Positions 1 through 11,400 of a stretch of DNA of 64,000 nucleotides are shown here, piece by piece. Source of the DNA: an uncultured Thermoplasmata archaeon (GTDB lineage Archaea > Thermoplasmatota > Thermoplasmata > Lutacidiplasmatales > UBA184); assembly GCA_963804505.1 (NCBI GenBank), contig CAWDQP010000007.1, positions 18,788-82,787 on the forward strand, in the 5' to 3' direction. Within the stretch, counting starts at the first letter, position 1. The number at the start of each line of letters is the position of its first letter. The notes under the pieces are model-generated. The model had not been told where the DNA came from. It did not search any database and saw only the letters and a program-made list of their open reading frames with translations. The position numbers and the translations under genes were made by a program.

Positions 1-992
1 CTTCCGGAGGTCCTCGGCCGCTTCCCCGATCCGATCGAGCGGGAGGCGGGCTGTCACCACCGCGTTCAGGTCTACCGTCCCACGGCGCGCCATCTCGATG
101 ACGCGCGGGTAATCCACTGGCCGGCAACCCAGTGAGCCGACGATCTCGTATTCGAAGAACATGAGGCGGTTCAGCGGGATGGGAACGACGGAATCGCTGT
201 ACCCGACGACACAGAGCCGCCCTCCGCGCCGGAGGGTGGAGAGGGCCATGCTCACGGTCTCGGGCTTCCCTACGACCTCGAGCGCCACGTCCGCGCCCCC
301 TCCGGATATCCTCCGTGCCTCGCGACCGAGGTCGGCGTGTTCGTCGGGATTCAGCGCCTCGCACGCCCCCAGGCGTAGCGCCATTTCGCGCTTCTCGGGG
401 CGGAGGTCGACGGCGATCACGTTCGCTCCCGCCGCCGCGGCGAACTGGACGGCATTGATCCCGACGCCCCCGCATCCGACGACCACGACCCAATCTCCGC
501 ACCGCGCTCGGGCGCGGTGGACTACGGCGTGGTACGGAGTCGTCATGGCGTCGGCGATCACCGCGCTGAGGGCGAGGTCGAGGTCGGCGGGCATCGGCAC
601 GAGGTCGCGTGCCGGAACTCTGGATGTACTCCGCGAATCCGCCGTCGATATGGTTGCCGGGCATCCGAAGGTGGGGACAGATGTTCTCGCGCCCCGACCG
701 GGCAGTATTCGCAGTTCCCGCAGGGAAGGACGGAGGGGACCAGGACCCGATCCCCCACCGACCGTTCGAGGCTCCCGGGCCCGAGCTCCTCCACGACGCC
801 CGAGATCTCGTGCCCCAGGACCAGGGGAGGGGCCTTCGCCGTCGGGACGCCATGGTCGAGGTAATGGAGGTCCGTATGACAGAACCCGCAGGCCGCTACC
901 TTCACGAGAGCGTCACCGGGTCCGGGGACGGGCCGGGGCACTTCGCCGACGGCGAGCGGGCGACCCGAACCCTGAAAGATGGCCGCCCGCAT
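1..992 (-). CDS. had: Zn-dependent alcohol dehydrogenase, probable 6-hydroxycyclohex-1-ene-1-carbonyl-CoA dehydrogenase (runs off the window start; frameshifted ~600-700)
   Basis: GFCHTDLHY and GHEISG catalytic Zn motifs and a CGNCEYC structural Zn motif. Last visible gene of the bcr/dch/oah cluster. Confidence 0.75.
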
Positions 993-1004
993 CGGACCGA
1001 AGGC

Positions 1005-1775
1005 TCAACCGTCCTTCCAGACGGGGGTTCGCTTCTCTAGGAACGCTCGCAGCCCTTCCTCCGCTTCCGGCGGCACCATGAGCTCCTCAAGATAGGCGCT
1101 TTCGGCTCGGGCCAACGGGGTCCACGGGTCCCTCTCCGAGGTTCGGAGAACCCGCTTGAGCAGCCGCAGCGTTTCCCCGCGGTGGCTGCAGAGGGTCTGG
1201 GCGGTCAGGGCCACCGTAGCGTCGAGCTCGTCCTCGCGAACCACGCGGTTGACGATGCCCACGGACGCCGCCTTCTGGGCGTCGAACGGTGTCCCCAGGA
1301 ACAGGAGCTCGGCGGCCGGGCGCGGACCGAGGAGTTGCGAGTAGGTCGCGGCTCCGAACGGCGCAAAGACCCCTAGACGGATCTCGGGCTGGCCGAACGT
1401 CGCCCCCTCGGACGCGATGGCAAGGTCGCAGGCCATCAGCAGCTCCAAGCCCCCGCCAAGGCACCGTCCGTGGACCTGAGCGATCGTCGGGACCGGCAGG
1501 TTCCACAACGTGGAGAGGGCACTTCGGAACGCGTCCAGCATGGCAGAGACGCGGGGCTTGAGGTGATCCTCCACACTGAGGCCGCCGCTCCAAGACTTCC
1601 CTCCCCCACGCAACACGACGGCGTGGGCGCTCGTGACCTCCTCGCGCTCCAGAACCCGGGTGAGCTCCTCCAGCAGTCCGATGTCGAATACGTTCGCCGG
1701 TCCGCGCTCCCAGGTGACCGTCGCGCGCCCGTCTACGCGGGCGACGGTGACGGTGCCGGCCGGCTTCGCGCTCAT
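1005..1775 (-). CDS. dch: Enoyl-CoA hydratase family, probable cyclohexa-1,5-diene-1-carbonyl-CoA hydratase
   Basis: Crotonase motifs (CLGGGLEL, GQPEIRLGVFAP, SVEDH, EGLRAFLEKR). Lies between bcrC and had. Confidence 0.75.
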   Translation of the reverse strand: MSAKPAGTVTVARVDGRATVTWERGPANVFDIGLLEELTRVLEREEVTSAHAVVLRGGGKSWSGGLSVEDHLKPRVSAMLDAFRSALSTLWNLPVPTIAQVHGRCLGGGLELLMACDLAIASEGATFGQPEIRLGVFAPFGAATYSQLLGPRPAAELLFLGTPFDAQKAASVGIVNRVVREDELDATVALTAQTLCSHRGETLRLLKRVLRTSERDPWTPLARAESAYLEELMVPPEAEEGLRAFLEKRTPVWKDG

Positions 1776-1787
1776 CGTCCTCCTCGG

Positions 1788-3036
1788 TCAATCGAAAAGG
1801 ATCGATTCGACGAACGTCTCGAGCTGCAGACGCGCCTGCTCGTACGTGGTCGACTTCTCCTCGAACTCCATGTGCAGATAGGGGAGGCCCCGCCCCTCGA
1901 GGGCCCGCCGGTAGAGCACCACGTCCTCGAGCGCCGGCTCGCAGAACTTGGCGGTGAGGAACACCACGCCCTGCGCGTGGGAGGCATCCACCCGCTCGAG
2001 GACGGCCGCGGCCTTCGTGGTCGGAGTGCTTCGGACGCCGATGTCGACGGGCGTTCGAACGTACGACGCCGCGAGGCTCTCGAGCGGATTCGCCCCCGGC
2101 TCGATGCGGGGGCACCAGCGGTGCAGCATCTGGAACTCTTCCCCGACGACGTAGCAACCGACGTCCTCCAGGAGCTGCACGAGTTCGAGGGTCGGCTGTT
2201 CGCAGAACGGGCCGATAACGATCACGCGGATCGCGTCCTTGCTCTTCCGCTCCCGGCCTTCGAGCTCGGCGAGCGCGCGCCGGAGCAGCGGGACATGGAC
2301 CTCTCGAGGGAGGAGCCCGCCCAGCCGGAGCAGGAGGTAGGTACTCGACCAGAGTGACCTTCCAGGGCGTCTCCCGCTTTAGCGTGGCGAGCCGAGCGAC
2401 CAGGTCTCGTTGCTCGTTGAACACCTCGATCGAGGCGCGCAGGTCCTCCGGAGAGAAAGGTCGTCCGGCGACACGCTCGAGCTTCTCGATCAGACTGCGG
2501 TACTCCGCGACCAGGAACGGGATCGTGGCCGGGGACGCGAAGTTCTGCGGGAGGTGGAGCATGTGCGAAGGCTTTTGGGGGAGGACCCGGGCGAAGATCC
2601 CGTCGAGATTGCGGCTCACATCGCAGATGTACGGAAAGACGAACGCGTCGAACGGGTCGAGGAGACCCGTGAGGGCCATTTCGAGGGTCGATTTCGAGAT
2701 CGAGCAAAGGAACGAGCCGAGGGCCGCGTCCGCGCGGCTGATCTCGAGATTCTCCCCTCCTCCCTGCATGGCGACCGGTAGCATGCCGAAGGAGTGGACG
2801 AGCTCCTGCGGGGTGTAGACCGGAAAGCACCCGACGGCCTTGCCGCCCCCTTTTCTCCAGGCCCGGGCGGTGGGGAAGGTCGGGTCGGCGAGGATCGTCT
2901 GAGCGAGGCGGACCAGATCCTCGACGGATCCCGCCTGAGTGAATTCCCGGAAATCCGCCGAGATTTCTACCGAGGGGAACGGCTCTTCGTCCGGCAGGGT
3001 TTCGGCCTGCGGCCGGATCTGCAGCAGCTCGGGCAC
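1788..3036 (-). CDS. bcrC: Benzoyl-CoA reductase subunit C / 2-hydroxyacyl-CoA dehydratase family (frameshift ~2340)
   Basis: GCFPVYTPQELVH, SFLCSI, PYICDVSRNL, GPFCEQP, KFCEPAL and C-terminal ETFVESILF, joined across two frames. Confidence 0.8.
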
Positions 3037-3038
3037 GC

Positions 3039-3849
3039 CTAGCCTCCGGTCCCTTGCGGCGCCTGGGCGAGCCTCAGTGCTCGGGAGTGCCCGAGTATCG
3101 CCGCGCCGAGGGCGGCCGCATAGTACGCGTCGGGCGCGACGTTGACGTCCATGCCGACCGTGTCGTGGAGGGCCTTCACCATGCCGACGTTGCGAACGAG
3201 ACCTCCCACGAGCGTGACCTCCGGCTGGATCCCTACGGTACCGCATGAGAGAGAACGCGCGCTGGGCGAGGGAGAGGAAGACGCCCATCAGGATGTCCGG
3301 GAAAAGGACTCCCTCCGCGACGTTGTTGATGATCTCGGTCTCGGCCAGGACCGCGCAGACGCTGGAGATGAGCTTCGGGTGCTCGGACGCGAGCGCCTTG
3401 GGCCCCATCTCCTCCAGGGGGACCTGGAGGTACTTCGAACATCGCTCGACGAAGCGACCGGCTCCCGCGGCGCACTTCTCGTTCATCTTGAACTTGAGCA
3501 CCTTTCCCGTCGCGGAAACGGACATCGTCCGGGAGGCCTGCGTGCCCACGTCGACGACCAGTCGGGTCTTGGGGAAGAGGAAGACCGCGCCGCGCGCCGA
3601 GGACGTGAAATCGCTGACCTGCAGGTTCCGTTCGGGGATCGTGTACCGACCGAAGCCGGTCGTGCAGAGGTACTCGACGTCGTCCGGGGCGATGTTCGCC
3701 GCCTCCTCCAGCTCGTCCATCACGTGCCGAGCGGCGTGCACCGGTATGCCCCGCGACGGGGCGGAGGTGGTCGCGAGGATACGCCGACCGTCTTCGAGCA
3801 ACACGCCCTTGACGACCCCGGCACCGAGGTCGAGCCCGCCGGTGATCAC
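3039..3849 (-). CDS. bcrD: ASKHA ATPase activator subunit (BcrD/BzdP-like; frameshift ~3240)
   Basis: GLDLGAG, TGFGR, DVGTQ, MNEKCAAGAGRF, SSVCAVLAETE. Start overlaps the upstream stop as GTGA. Confidence 0.75.
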
Positions 3850-4641
3850 GATGCGCCCCCCGCCGCTACGCGTTCGCGCCCGTGGAGCGCCGCCCCCAGC
3901 GCCCCAAGGTATTGGGAGAGAGGGCTCACGTTGACGGGCGCCCCCAGCCGACGACGGAGCGCCCGGACCATTCCCTCGTTCTGGGAGACCCCTCCCGTGA
4001 ACGTGACCTCGGGCTCCACTCCGACCCGCTGCATCAGGGAAAGGGTCCGGTTCGCGATGCTGGCGTGCAGCCCCGCGAGGATCTCCTTCGGATCCTTGCC
4101 CCGCGACACGTAGGACGTGACCTCGGACTCGGCGAAGACCGTGCACGTGCTCGTGACCTTGACCGCCCGTCGAGCCTGAAGCGAAAGCGCCCCAATCTCG
4201 CCGACGTCTGTACCCCAGAGCGTTGGCACATACGTCGAGGAACCGCCCCGTCCCGGCGGCGCACTTGTCGTTCATGGCGAAGTCCACGACCTCGCCCTTC
4301 TCGTTGATGCGGATCGCTTTCGTGTCCTGCCCACCGATGTCGACCACGACGCGCGTGCCGGGGAACAGGAAGCTCGCCCCCCGCGCATGGCAGGAGATCT
4401 CGGTGACGACCAGCTGGCCGAAGTAGATCTTGTACCGCCCGTAGCCCGTGCCCGTGATGAACGACACCTCCGAGCGGGAGAGGTGCGCGTCCGCGATCGC
4501 GGCCTCGAGGGCGCGTTCGGCGTCCTTTACGATGTCGACGCCGACCACGCTCAACGACTTTCCGAGGACCCGGGAATCGTCACCGAGCACCACGCACTTC
4601 GCCGTGGTCGACCCGATGTCCACGCCTGCGACGACGCTCAT
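3846..4641 (-). CDS. bcrA: ASKHA ATPase activator subunit (BcrA/BzdQ-like; frameshift ~4210)
   Basis: GVDIGSTTAK, TGYGR, EISCHARGA, DIGGQDTKAI, MNDKCAAGTGRFL, STCTVFAESE. Start overlaps the bcrB stop as ATGA. Confidence 0.8.
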
Positions 4642-5942
4642 GCCGTGGCGCCCTCCGCGACGGCCGCGACGGCCCGGCGCTGCTCGAGAGATTCGAAGAA
4701 GGCATCCATGCGGTTCTTGATCTGGGCAGCCGCGAAGTACCGGGGATCCTGGTGGTCGGACTCGATGTAGAGCGTCGGTAACCCCTGCTCGTGGATCAAC
4801 CAGTCCCGCAGGTCGCCCTGCCCGGCCGTGAAGGAGCGGCACGACTTGATGCCGTGGATGATCGCGGCGTCCGCCTGGTACTCCTTCACGTAGTCGGCGA
4901 TGATCTTTCGCCGCAACGGCCAGGACTGGTTCACGTAGGCACCGAGGCTGTACTCCGCGATGCTCTCGAACGGCCGGGACGGGTCGTGCCGGAAGCCGCG
5001 GTCGAAGAGCCCGCCGACCTTCGGATAGGTCGCGACCACGGAAACCGCGCCCCACTTCCGGAAGAAGTCCCAGAACGTCCGATAGTTGGTGTACGGTGGG
5101 ACGCCTTCAACGAGCACGCGAACCTTCTCCTCCGGCAGAGGATAGTTCCCGTCCCGGACGCGCGCCCGGATCTCCTCGTTCACCACGCCGTAGAAATCGG
5201 CGGCCTCCGCGGTCCCCCGAAGCACGTTGATGGGGAACATGTAGAAGATCGACTCAAAGTAGGCCTCGATCGGGGACGGACGCAGCCGACCGGCGCGGAG
5301 GAACTCCACCCACCCCTCCTCGGCGCGACGGGACTCCGCCAGCACCCGCTTGAGCGCGTCCATGTCGAACGCACGGCCGGTGCGTTTCTCGAGCAGGTGA
5401 ACGAGTTCCCAGAGCTGGCTCACCAGGTAGTCGATGTCCTCCTTGCGGGGCGATTCCTCCCGCATGTACGGCACATCGTACATGAACAACGGGGCGCCGT
5501 ACAACTCCGCGAGCGCCTCCCACCACTTCACGTAAACATAGCAGCCGGAGAAGCTGCACACGAGAAGGTCGGGGCGCGGGATCTGACCGAACGAGGTCTT
5601 CCCGCCCAGGTCCTGGAGTCCGAGGTCGTTCTTGACGTAGCCGCAGACATCCAGTCCGTAGCCCATCGACTCGGCGCGGAGGATGTTGTCGAGCGACTGG
5701 TGCTTGATCGCGCAGTTGAGCGCCACGATCTCCGGAAAGACGACATCGTAACCGAACGAACGGACGATCTCGGTGAGGTTCCCTCCCACCAGCATGTGGG
5801 CCACCGGTCGCCGCGGCGTTTCGGTCGAGCCGAGGTCGCGGTAGTAGTCCTCCACGAGCTTGCGCTGGAGGCCACGGGCGTCACGAAGGAAGGAGGGAGA
5901 AGCGCCGCCGGGGACCGCGGGGGACGCGATTCCGTCCGACAC
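4638..5942 (-). CDS. bcrB: Benzoyl-CoA reductase subunit B (BcrB/BzdO-like)
   Basis: DVCGYVKND, PRPDLL..SFSGC..YVKWWE, HGIKSCRSF, ESDHQDPRYF..AQIKNR. Confidence 0.85.
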   Translation of the reverse strand: MSDGIASPAVPGGASPSFLRDARGLQRKLVEDYYRDLGSTETPRRPVAHMLVGGNLTEIVRSFGYDVVFPEIVALNCAIKHQSLDNILRAESMGYGLDVCGYVKNDLGLQDLGGKTSFGQIPRPDLLVCSFSGCYVYVKWWEALAELYGAPLFMYDVPYMREESPRKEDIDYLVSQLWELVHLLEKRTGRAFDMDALKRVLAESRRAEEGWVEFLRAGRLRPSPIEAYFESIFYMFPINVLRGTAEAADFYGVVNEEIRARVRDGNYPLPEEKVRVLVEGVPPYTNYRTFWDFFRKWGAVSVVATYPKVGGLFDRGFRHDPSRPFESIAEYSLGAYVNQSWPLRRKIIADYVKEYQADAAIIHGIKSCRSFTAGQGDLRDWLIHEQGLPTLYIESDHQDPRYFAAAQIKNRMDAFFESLEQRRAVAAVAEGATA

Positions 5943-5946
5943 CGGC

Positions 5947-7056
5947 TCATTCCTCCGGAGAGTTCGGCGCGAGGACGGGGGTCCCGCACCGACCGCAGAA
6001 GGCGAAATCCTCCGGGAGCCCCTTGGCCCCGCAGCTCGGGCAGTGTCGCACCGGGCGGCCGAAGGGGTACTCGCCCCCCTTTCCTTCCGCGAGGCGGCGG
6101 CGGAGACCCGCGACGTCGGGGGCGCGCTTCTCGACGAACGCGTTCATTCCCTCGTGGGGTTCTCGGTCGGTGAAGTGGAGCGAAAGCCATTCACGGCCGT
6201 GTCCGACCGTGCTGTGCCACGCGAGTTCCTTCCAGAAGTTCACCTGCTGCTTGGTGTAGCGGAGACATTCCGGGAACATTCCGAGGAGACGCTGGCAAAG
6301 CGTGTCGACCGCTGCGTCCAGCGGCGTCAGGTCGATCTCGTAGCCTTCCAACCCCTTGTGCGCGAGCGCGACCTGCTCCGAGGTGGGTTCGTCGACGAAC
6401 GCCTTCCCCTGTCGAACCGACGGGACCATCTCGCTGACGAGGCCCCAGTCCAGGGCCTTGCGGGCCGGGATCCGTTCGTTGAGGAGCAGCATGGTACGTG
6501 CCCGGCGATCTCCGACCGCGAGGGGGAGCCACTGCGTGGCGCCACCGCACGCCACCGAACCAACCCCCACGCCCACCTGACCGAGATACGCGTGGGACGC
6601 CACGACCGAAAGGTCGCACGCAAGGTGGAGCTCGTTCCCGCCGCCCACCGTGATGCCGTTGAGCCGTGCGATGGTCGGCTTCCCGGACCGCAAGAGGGCC
6701 TCTACGGCTCGCTCGAAGAGCCCCATGTACTTCCAGTAGTCCCGGGGGCGCTGGGTGTACCGCTCGGCATACTCGCGGACATCGCCGCCGGTGCAGAAGG
6801 CGGTGGATCCCGCGCCCGTGAGAACGATCACTCCGATCGCGTCGTCGACGGATGCGTCTTCGACCGCGCGGGCGAGTTCGAGCAGGGTGCCCGTGGCGTA
6901 CACGTTGTAGACCTGGGGGCGATTGAGCACGATACGCGCGACGCCGTCGCGCTTCTCGTAAAGGATATCCCGGAAGCCCATTCCCTCCGGTGGCATCGGC
7001 GCGAGAACGTCGGGTCCCTCCGCGGAGGCGGCCGGCCGCGGGCGCGTTTTCGGCAT
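5947..7056 (-). CDS. oah: 6-oxocyclohex-1-ene-1-carbonyl-CoA hydrolase (ring cleavage) with a C-terminal Zn ribbon
   Basis: AFCTGGDVREYAERY..RP.DY..YM.LF, GGGNELHLACD, FPECLRYTKQQVNFWK. Tail CPSC..CGRC. Start codon uncertain. Confidence 0.8.
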   Translation of the reverse strand: MPKTRPRPAASAEGPDVLAPMPPEGMGFRDILYEKRDGVARIVLNRPQVYNVYATGTLLELARAVEDASVDDAIGVIVLTGAGSTAFCTGGDVREYAERYTQRPRDYWKYMGLFERAVEALLRSGKPTIARLNGITVGGGNELHLACDLSVVASHAYLGQVGVGVGSVACGGATQWLPLAVGDRRARTMLLLNERIPARKALDWGLVSEMVPSVRQGKAFVDEPTSEQVALAHKGLEGYEIDLTPLDAAVDTLCQRLLGMFPECLRYTKQQVNFWKELAWHSTVGHGREWLSLHFTDREPHEGMNAFVEKRAPDVAGLRRRLAEGKGGEYPFGRPVRHCPSCGAKGLPEDFAFCGRCGTPVLAPNSPEE

Positions 7057-7241
7057 CCGACTCTCTCCGGGGTACGGAGACGGGCCGTGGATGAAGCGCG
7101 TTGTCCCGTACCGGTTAGGGGTCAACGGTCGAGAACGGAGATTCGCGACCGCAGCGGGGTCGCAGGGAGGGCGCCTTCCGGCGGTTCGACGCGTGGCTCG
7201 CCCGGCGTTAAGTCCAAGAAGCAGCGCGAAGTGCTGAACCG

Positions 7242-8033
7242 ATGCCCGTCCATTTCAGGATCGAGGGGCATGTCGCCTGGATCACACTCGATCGTCCGGA
7301 GGCGCTGAACGCCATCGACCCCGAGTCCCACGCTGAGCTGATAGCCGCCTGGGAGCGCGTTCGCGACGAGGACGACCTCCGAGTGGCGCTGCTCACGGGG
7401 GCGGGGACGAAGGCGTTCTGCTCCGGGGTCGACCTCAAGCGAATCGGCGAGTTCTATCAGAGCGTCCCGGCCGCCCGGCGGGTAGAGGTTTGGAACCGGG
7501 AGCCGGGAATCGGTGGCATCACTCGGAATCTCGAGGTGGGAAAACCGCTGATCGCCGCCGTGAACGGGGTCTGTCTCGGCGGCGGGCTCGAGCTGGCGCT
7601 CGCCTGCGACATCCGCCTCGCGAGCGCGAACGCCACCTTCGGCCTGCCCGAAGTCCGGTGGGCGATCATCCCGGGTCAGGGCGGGACCCAACGACTCCCG
7701 CGAGCCGTTCCGCCTGCGGTCGCGCTCGAGATGATACTCACCGGCCGGCCGATCGACGCCGCCCGGGCCGCCGCCATCGGCCTCGTGAACCAGGTGTACC
7801 CCGTTGCCCGGCTCCAGGACGAGGCCAGGGCAATGGCGGAGACCATCGCCGCCCATCCGCCTCGTGCCGTACGGGCGGCTCTGATGGCGGTCCGCCAGGG
7901 CCTTGCCCTGCCGCTCGCCGAAGGTCTGCGCCTCGAACAGGTGCTGGCCGATCCCCTGCGGGATAGTCCCGACAACCGCGAAGCCCGCGCGGCCTTCCTC
8001 GAAAAGCGCCCGCCCCGATGGGCCGGGACCTGA
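7242..8033 (+). CDS. Enoyl-CoA hydratase/isomerase
   Basis: AFCSGVDL, GGGLELALACD, GLPEV..IIPGQGGTQRL. Divergent from the bcr cluster. Confidence 0.9.
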   Translation: MPVHFRIEGHVAWITLDRPEALNAIDPESHAELIAAWERVRDEDDLRVALLTGAGTKAFCSGVDLKRIGEFYQSVPAARRVEVWNREPGIGGITRNLEVGKPLIAAVNGVCLGGGLELALACDIRLASANATFGLPEVRWAIIPGQGGTQRLPRAVPPAVALEMILTGRPIDAARAAAIGLVNQVYPVARLQDEARAMAETIAAHPPRAVRAALMAVRQGLALPLAEGLRLEQVLADPLRDSPDNREARAAFLEKRPPRWAGT

Positions 8034-8411
8034 CCCCCCCCCCGAGACCCGACCGAGGGAATCGGACGGCCCACTCGCCGCCTGCCGTCACTGGAGCACC
8101 CTCGCTGGGCCGAAGCGAGATTCCCGCATGCGCTCGGCCCCGAGGAAGCAACGCAGGCTCGAGGACCGAGAACAACGTCCTTCAACGGGTACGTGCCGAG
8201 CGAGGCGTATTCGAATAGGTGGCCGATCGAACGCTAGCACGGACACCTCTCCATGCTAGGGGGAGGACCTTGAGTGTGGACGCAGAAGGGGTCGGCACGG
8301 TTTCTGCGCCCGACTTCGCGAGCTTGAGTACCCTACGGGCGACACCGGCGCCGCGGCGCACCAGCTGGATCGAAGAGTTCTGATCCACCCAATCCGGTCG
8401 AGCGCCCTCAC

Positions 8412-11400
8412 CTAGAATCGCGATGGTCGGGACGGGTCAAGGACGCACCCGAGCGGAAGGAGTCCGAGCGGGACATCGCCAAGCAGCCCGTAGGGGGGCC
8501 CCTCGCTTCCGCCCTTCGTCCTGAACGTTACCGTCACGGAGGCTGTCGTGCCGGAGACCTTCGCCCGGGGGGAGATCCCGAGAACGCGTAGCCGGTCACC
8601 GGTCCGACCTTGTAGCTGTACGTCCCGTTCGGCAGGTAGAACACGATCGGCTCGCTCGTGTCATTCGACAGCGTCTTGCCCTTGATCGTGATCGACCACG
8701 TCCCGTTGGGGTGCCCTGCCTGCGTGAACGTCACCGCGTACGGGTAGACGAACGTGAACTTCAGAGTCTCCGCCTTCGCCACCGTGAGGTTCCCCGCCGT
8801 CGGTACAGCCATCGTTCCGACTTTCGCTACGACGGTCTCGCCGCTCAGGGGGGACCGCAGCGCGTAGCCGTACGTCCCCGGCGTGAGGTTCGCGTACGCA
8901 AGGGTCGCCTTCGTCGCGCACTGCTCGGCGCCGTCGACTTCCACGCACCAGGATTGGCCCTTCGGCAACCCCGACTCCCCGAACGTCAGGGCGACCGTCT
9001 TTTCTTTCGTGAACGCGACCGGGATCGACGTCGGCCCGGAGACGTTCCACGTCCCGGGTTCTTCGGTCGCATACCCGGACGGGCCCGTGATCAGGAGCGA
9101 GTCCGTTCCGTTCGGTGCTGCGAAGGTGATCTCCGGGTTCGTGGAGTGCCTCCGGGTCCCGTCCAGGTTGACCGCCCAACCGTGCGTCGAGAGCATCTTC
9201 GCCGGGATTCCACTCTCGGTGAACGTAACGTTCACCCCGGTCGGCCCGGCGATAGGGAGGATCGTCACGTTGCTGCCGTTGCTGTTGGCGACGAAGAGCT
9301 GGCTCGTTCCGGTATCGAAGACAACGGCAGCCGGTGCGCTCCCCGCGGGCAGGGTGGCCACGACCTTGTCGGTCCCGTCATAGATGGCGCTTACGTTGTT
9401 CGAGTTCCCGTTGGCGGTGTAGAGCTCGTCGTTCGCCGGGTCGTAGGCGATGCCGTCCGGGAACTCCCCCACGTCCACGGTGGCCACGACCTTGTCGGTG
9501 GAGTCGGAAATGACGCCGACGTGGTTGTCCGTGCCGTTGCTCTTCGAACCGGCGAAGAAGACCTGATTCGTGGCCGGATCGTAGGCGGCGGCGATGTTGA
9601 ACCCGGGGGCCGGGATCGTGGCCACGACCTTGTCCGTAGCGTCGGAGATGACGCTTACCGTGTTCGCGGACTCGCCCTTCGGCATGTCGTTGAAGACGAA
9701 CACGCGGTGCGTTCCCGGGTCGTAGACGGCCGCCTGCGGGGTGCTCCCGACGGGGATGGTCGCGACGACCTTGTCGGTCGCGTCCGAGATCACACTCACG
9801 TTGTTGCCGTTCGTGTCGGTGACGAAAAGCTGGTTCGTCCCCGAGTCGTAGACGATGCTCGAGGGCCAGGCACCGACGGGGATGTTCGCGACGACCTTGT
9901 TCGTAACGGCTGAGATGACGGTCACGTTGTTCGTGTTGAAGTTGGCCACGAACACCTCGGCCTTGGCAGAGTCGTATGCCATGTTCCAGGGGGAGCCCGC
10001 GCCGCAGTAGACGCCGCCGGCGTTCACCCAAGCGACGACCTGGTCGGTGGTGTCGTTGATCACACTGATGTTCCCCACCGTCCCCCCGCACTCGTCCGCG
10101 ACGAAGATCTCGCCCTGGGACGACGCGTACGCAAGTCCCCACGGGGCCGCTCCGACCGACACGGAGCGGTTAGAGACCTGTTGACGCATGGTGATCGCTA
10201 CGTTCACGTTCGCCCCCGAGACGTCCACGGTCCCGGCCGAAGGGAAGGGAGCGTAACCCTCGACCGAGAGATTCGCTCCTCCCACGGTGAACGAGTACGT
10301 TCCGTTGGCCTCCAAGAAGACGATCGAGGAACTTCGGCTCACCTCGGTGGAGGTGAAGTTGGAGGAGTTGGTGGAATTGTTCGAGTGCGAGACCAGCTTG
10401 ACCCCCCAACTGACCGCGGCGTACAGGCCCGTTTCGTTGAACGTGACGCGGTAGAAGCCGGTCGCAGCCATGAAGTTGACCGCTTGGGTTACCGGCGACC
10501 CGGCGACCGTCAGCGTCCCGGAGGTCGGCGTCGGCGTGTAGCTTGCCGCGTTGACCGTGAACGAATACGTCCCGTTCGGCACGTCGCCGAAGTTTACGCG
10601 GGCGGTCCCGTTGCTGGCCCCCTGAAGATTGAGGCCCCCTCCCCCGGAGAGCGCGGCCGACCAATTGGTCCCGTTCGTCAAGCCCGTCTCGACGAACGTC
10701 ACGGGGTAGCCGCCCTCAGAGGAGAAGGCGAAGCTGATCGACACGTTCACCGGCGTCCCGGTGAGGGTGAGCGTCCCGGATGAGGGGGTCGCGATGTAGT
10801 CGGGGGGCCGGGTCCCGAACGAGTAGGTGTAGCTCCCGTTCGGAATGTCGATGAACTCCTGAGCACTGCCGCTGCTACCGCTGCTGTACGCACCGGAAGG
10901 GGTTCCGTTCCCCGTCGGAGGCAGGGTGAGGTTCGCCCACCAGAAAGTCCCGACCGGCAGTCCGCTCTCGTTGAAGGTGACCGTGTTGACCAAGTGGAAC
11001 GACACGTTCACAGTGACCGGTCCCCCTTGGACCGAGAACGTTCCCTGCCGCGCCCCCCAATCCTGGTCGTACGGCTCGGGGGTGTAGTTGTAGGTCCCGT
11101 TCGGTTCGTCAAAGGCAATCGTATCGTTCGTGCTGCTGTACGACCCGGCCTGCCGGATGTACAGGACCCAGTAAGTCCCCGTCGGGAGTCCGGTCTCCCG
11201 GAACGTCACCCGTTGAGTGTTCGTGGGCGCACCGAAGACGATCGCCACTTCCGTGTCCGCTCCGGTCACGTTCACAACCCCGCGCGACGGCGTCGTCGAA
11301 CAAGCGGTCGCGCTCGCGTTGAACTCGAAGCTCCCGTTCGCCTGGTCGTAGAAGATCAGCGAGGACCCGTAGGAGGTTTCGCTGCTCCCGTTCATGGTCA

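Noticed and set aside
1087-5055. 1322-aa ORF as a giant BCR fusion
   Set aside because: It is stitched together by indels. The separate genes have their own overlapping starts and stops.
8099-8145. GC-rich hairpin as a structured ncRNA
   Set aside because: No recognisable family, and such stems arise easily at this GC content. At most a terminator-like feature between convergent genes.
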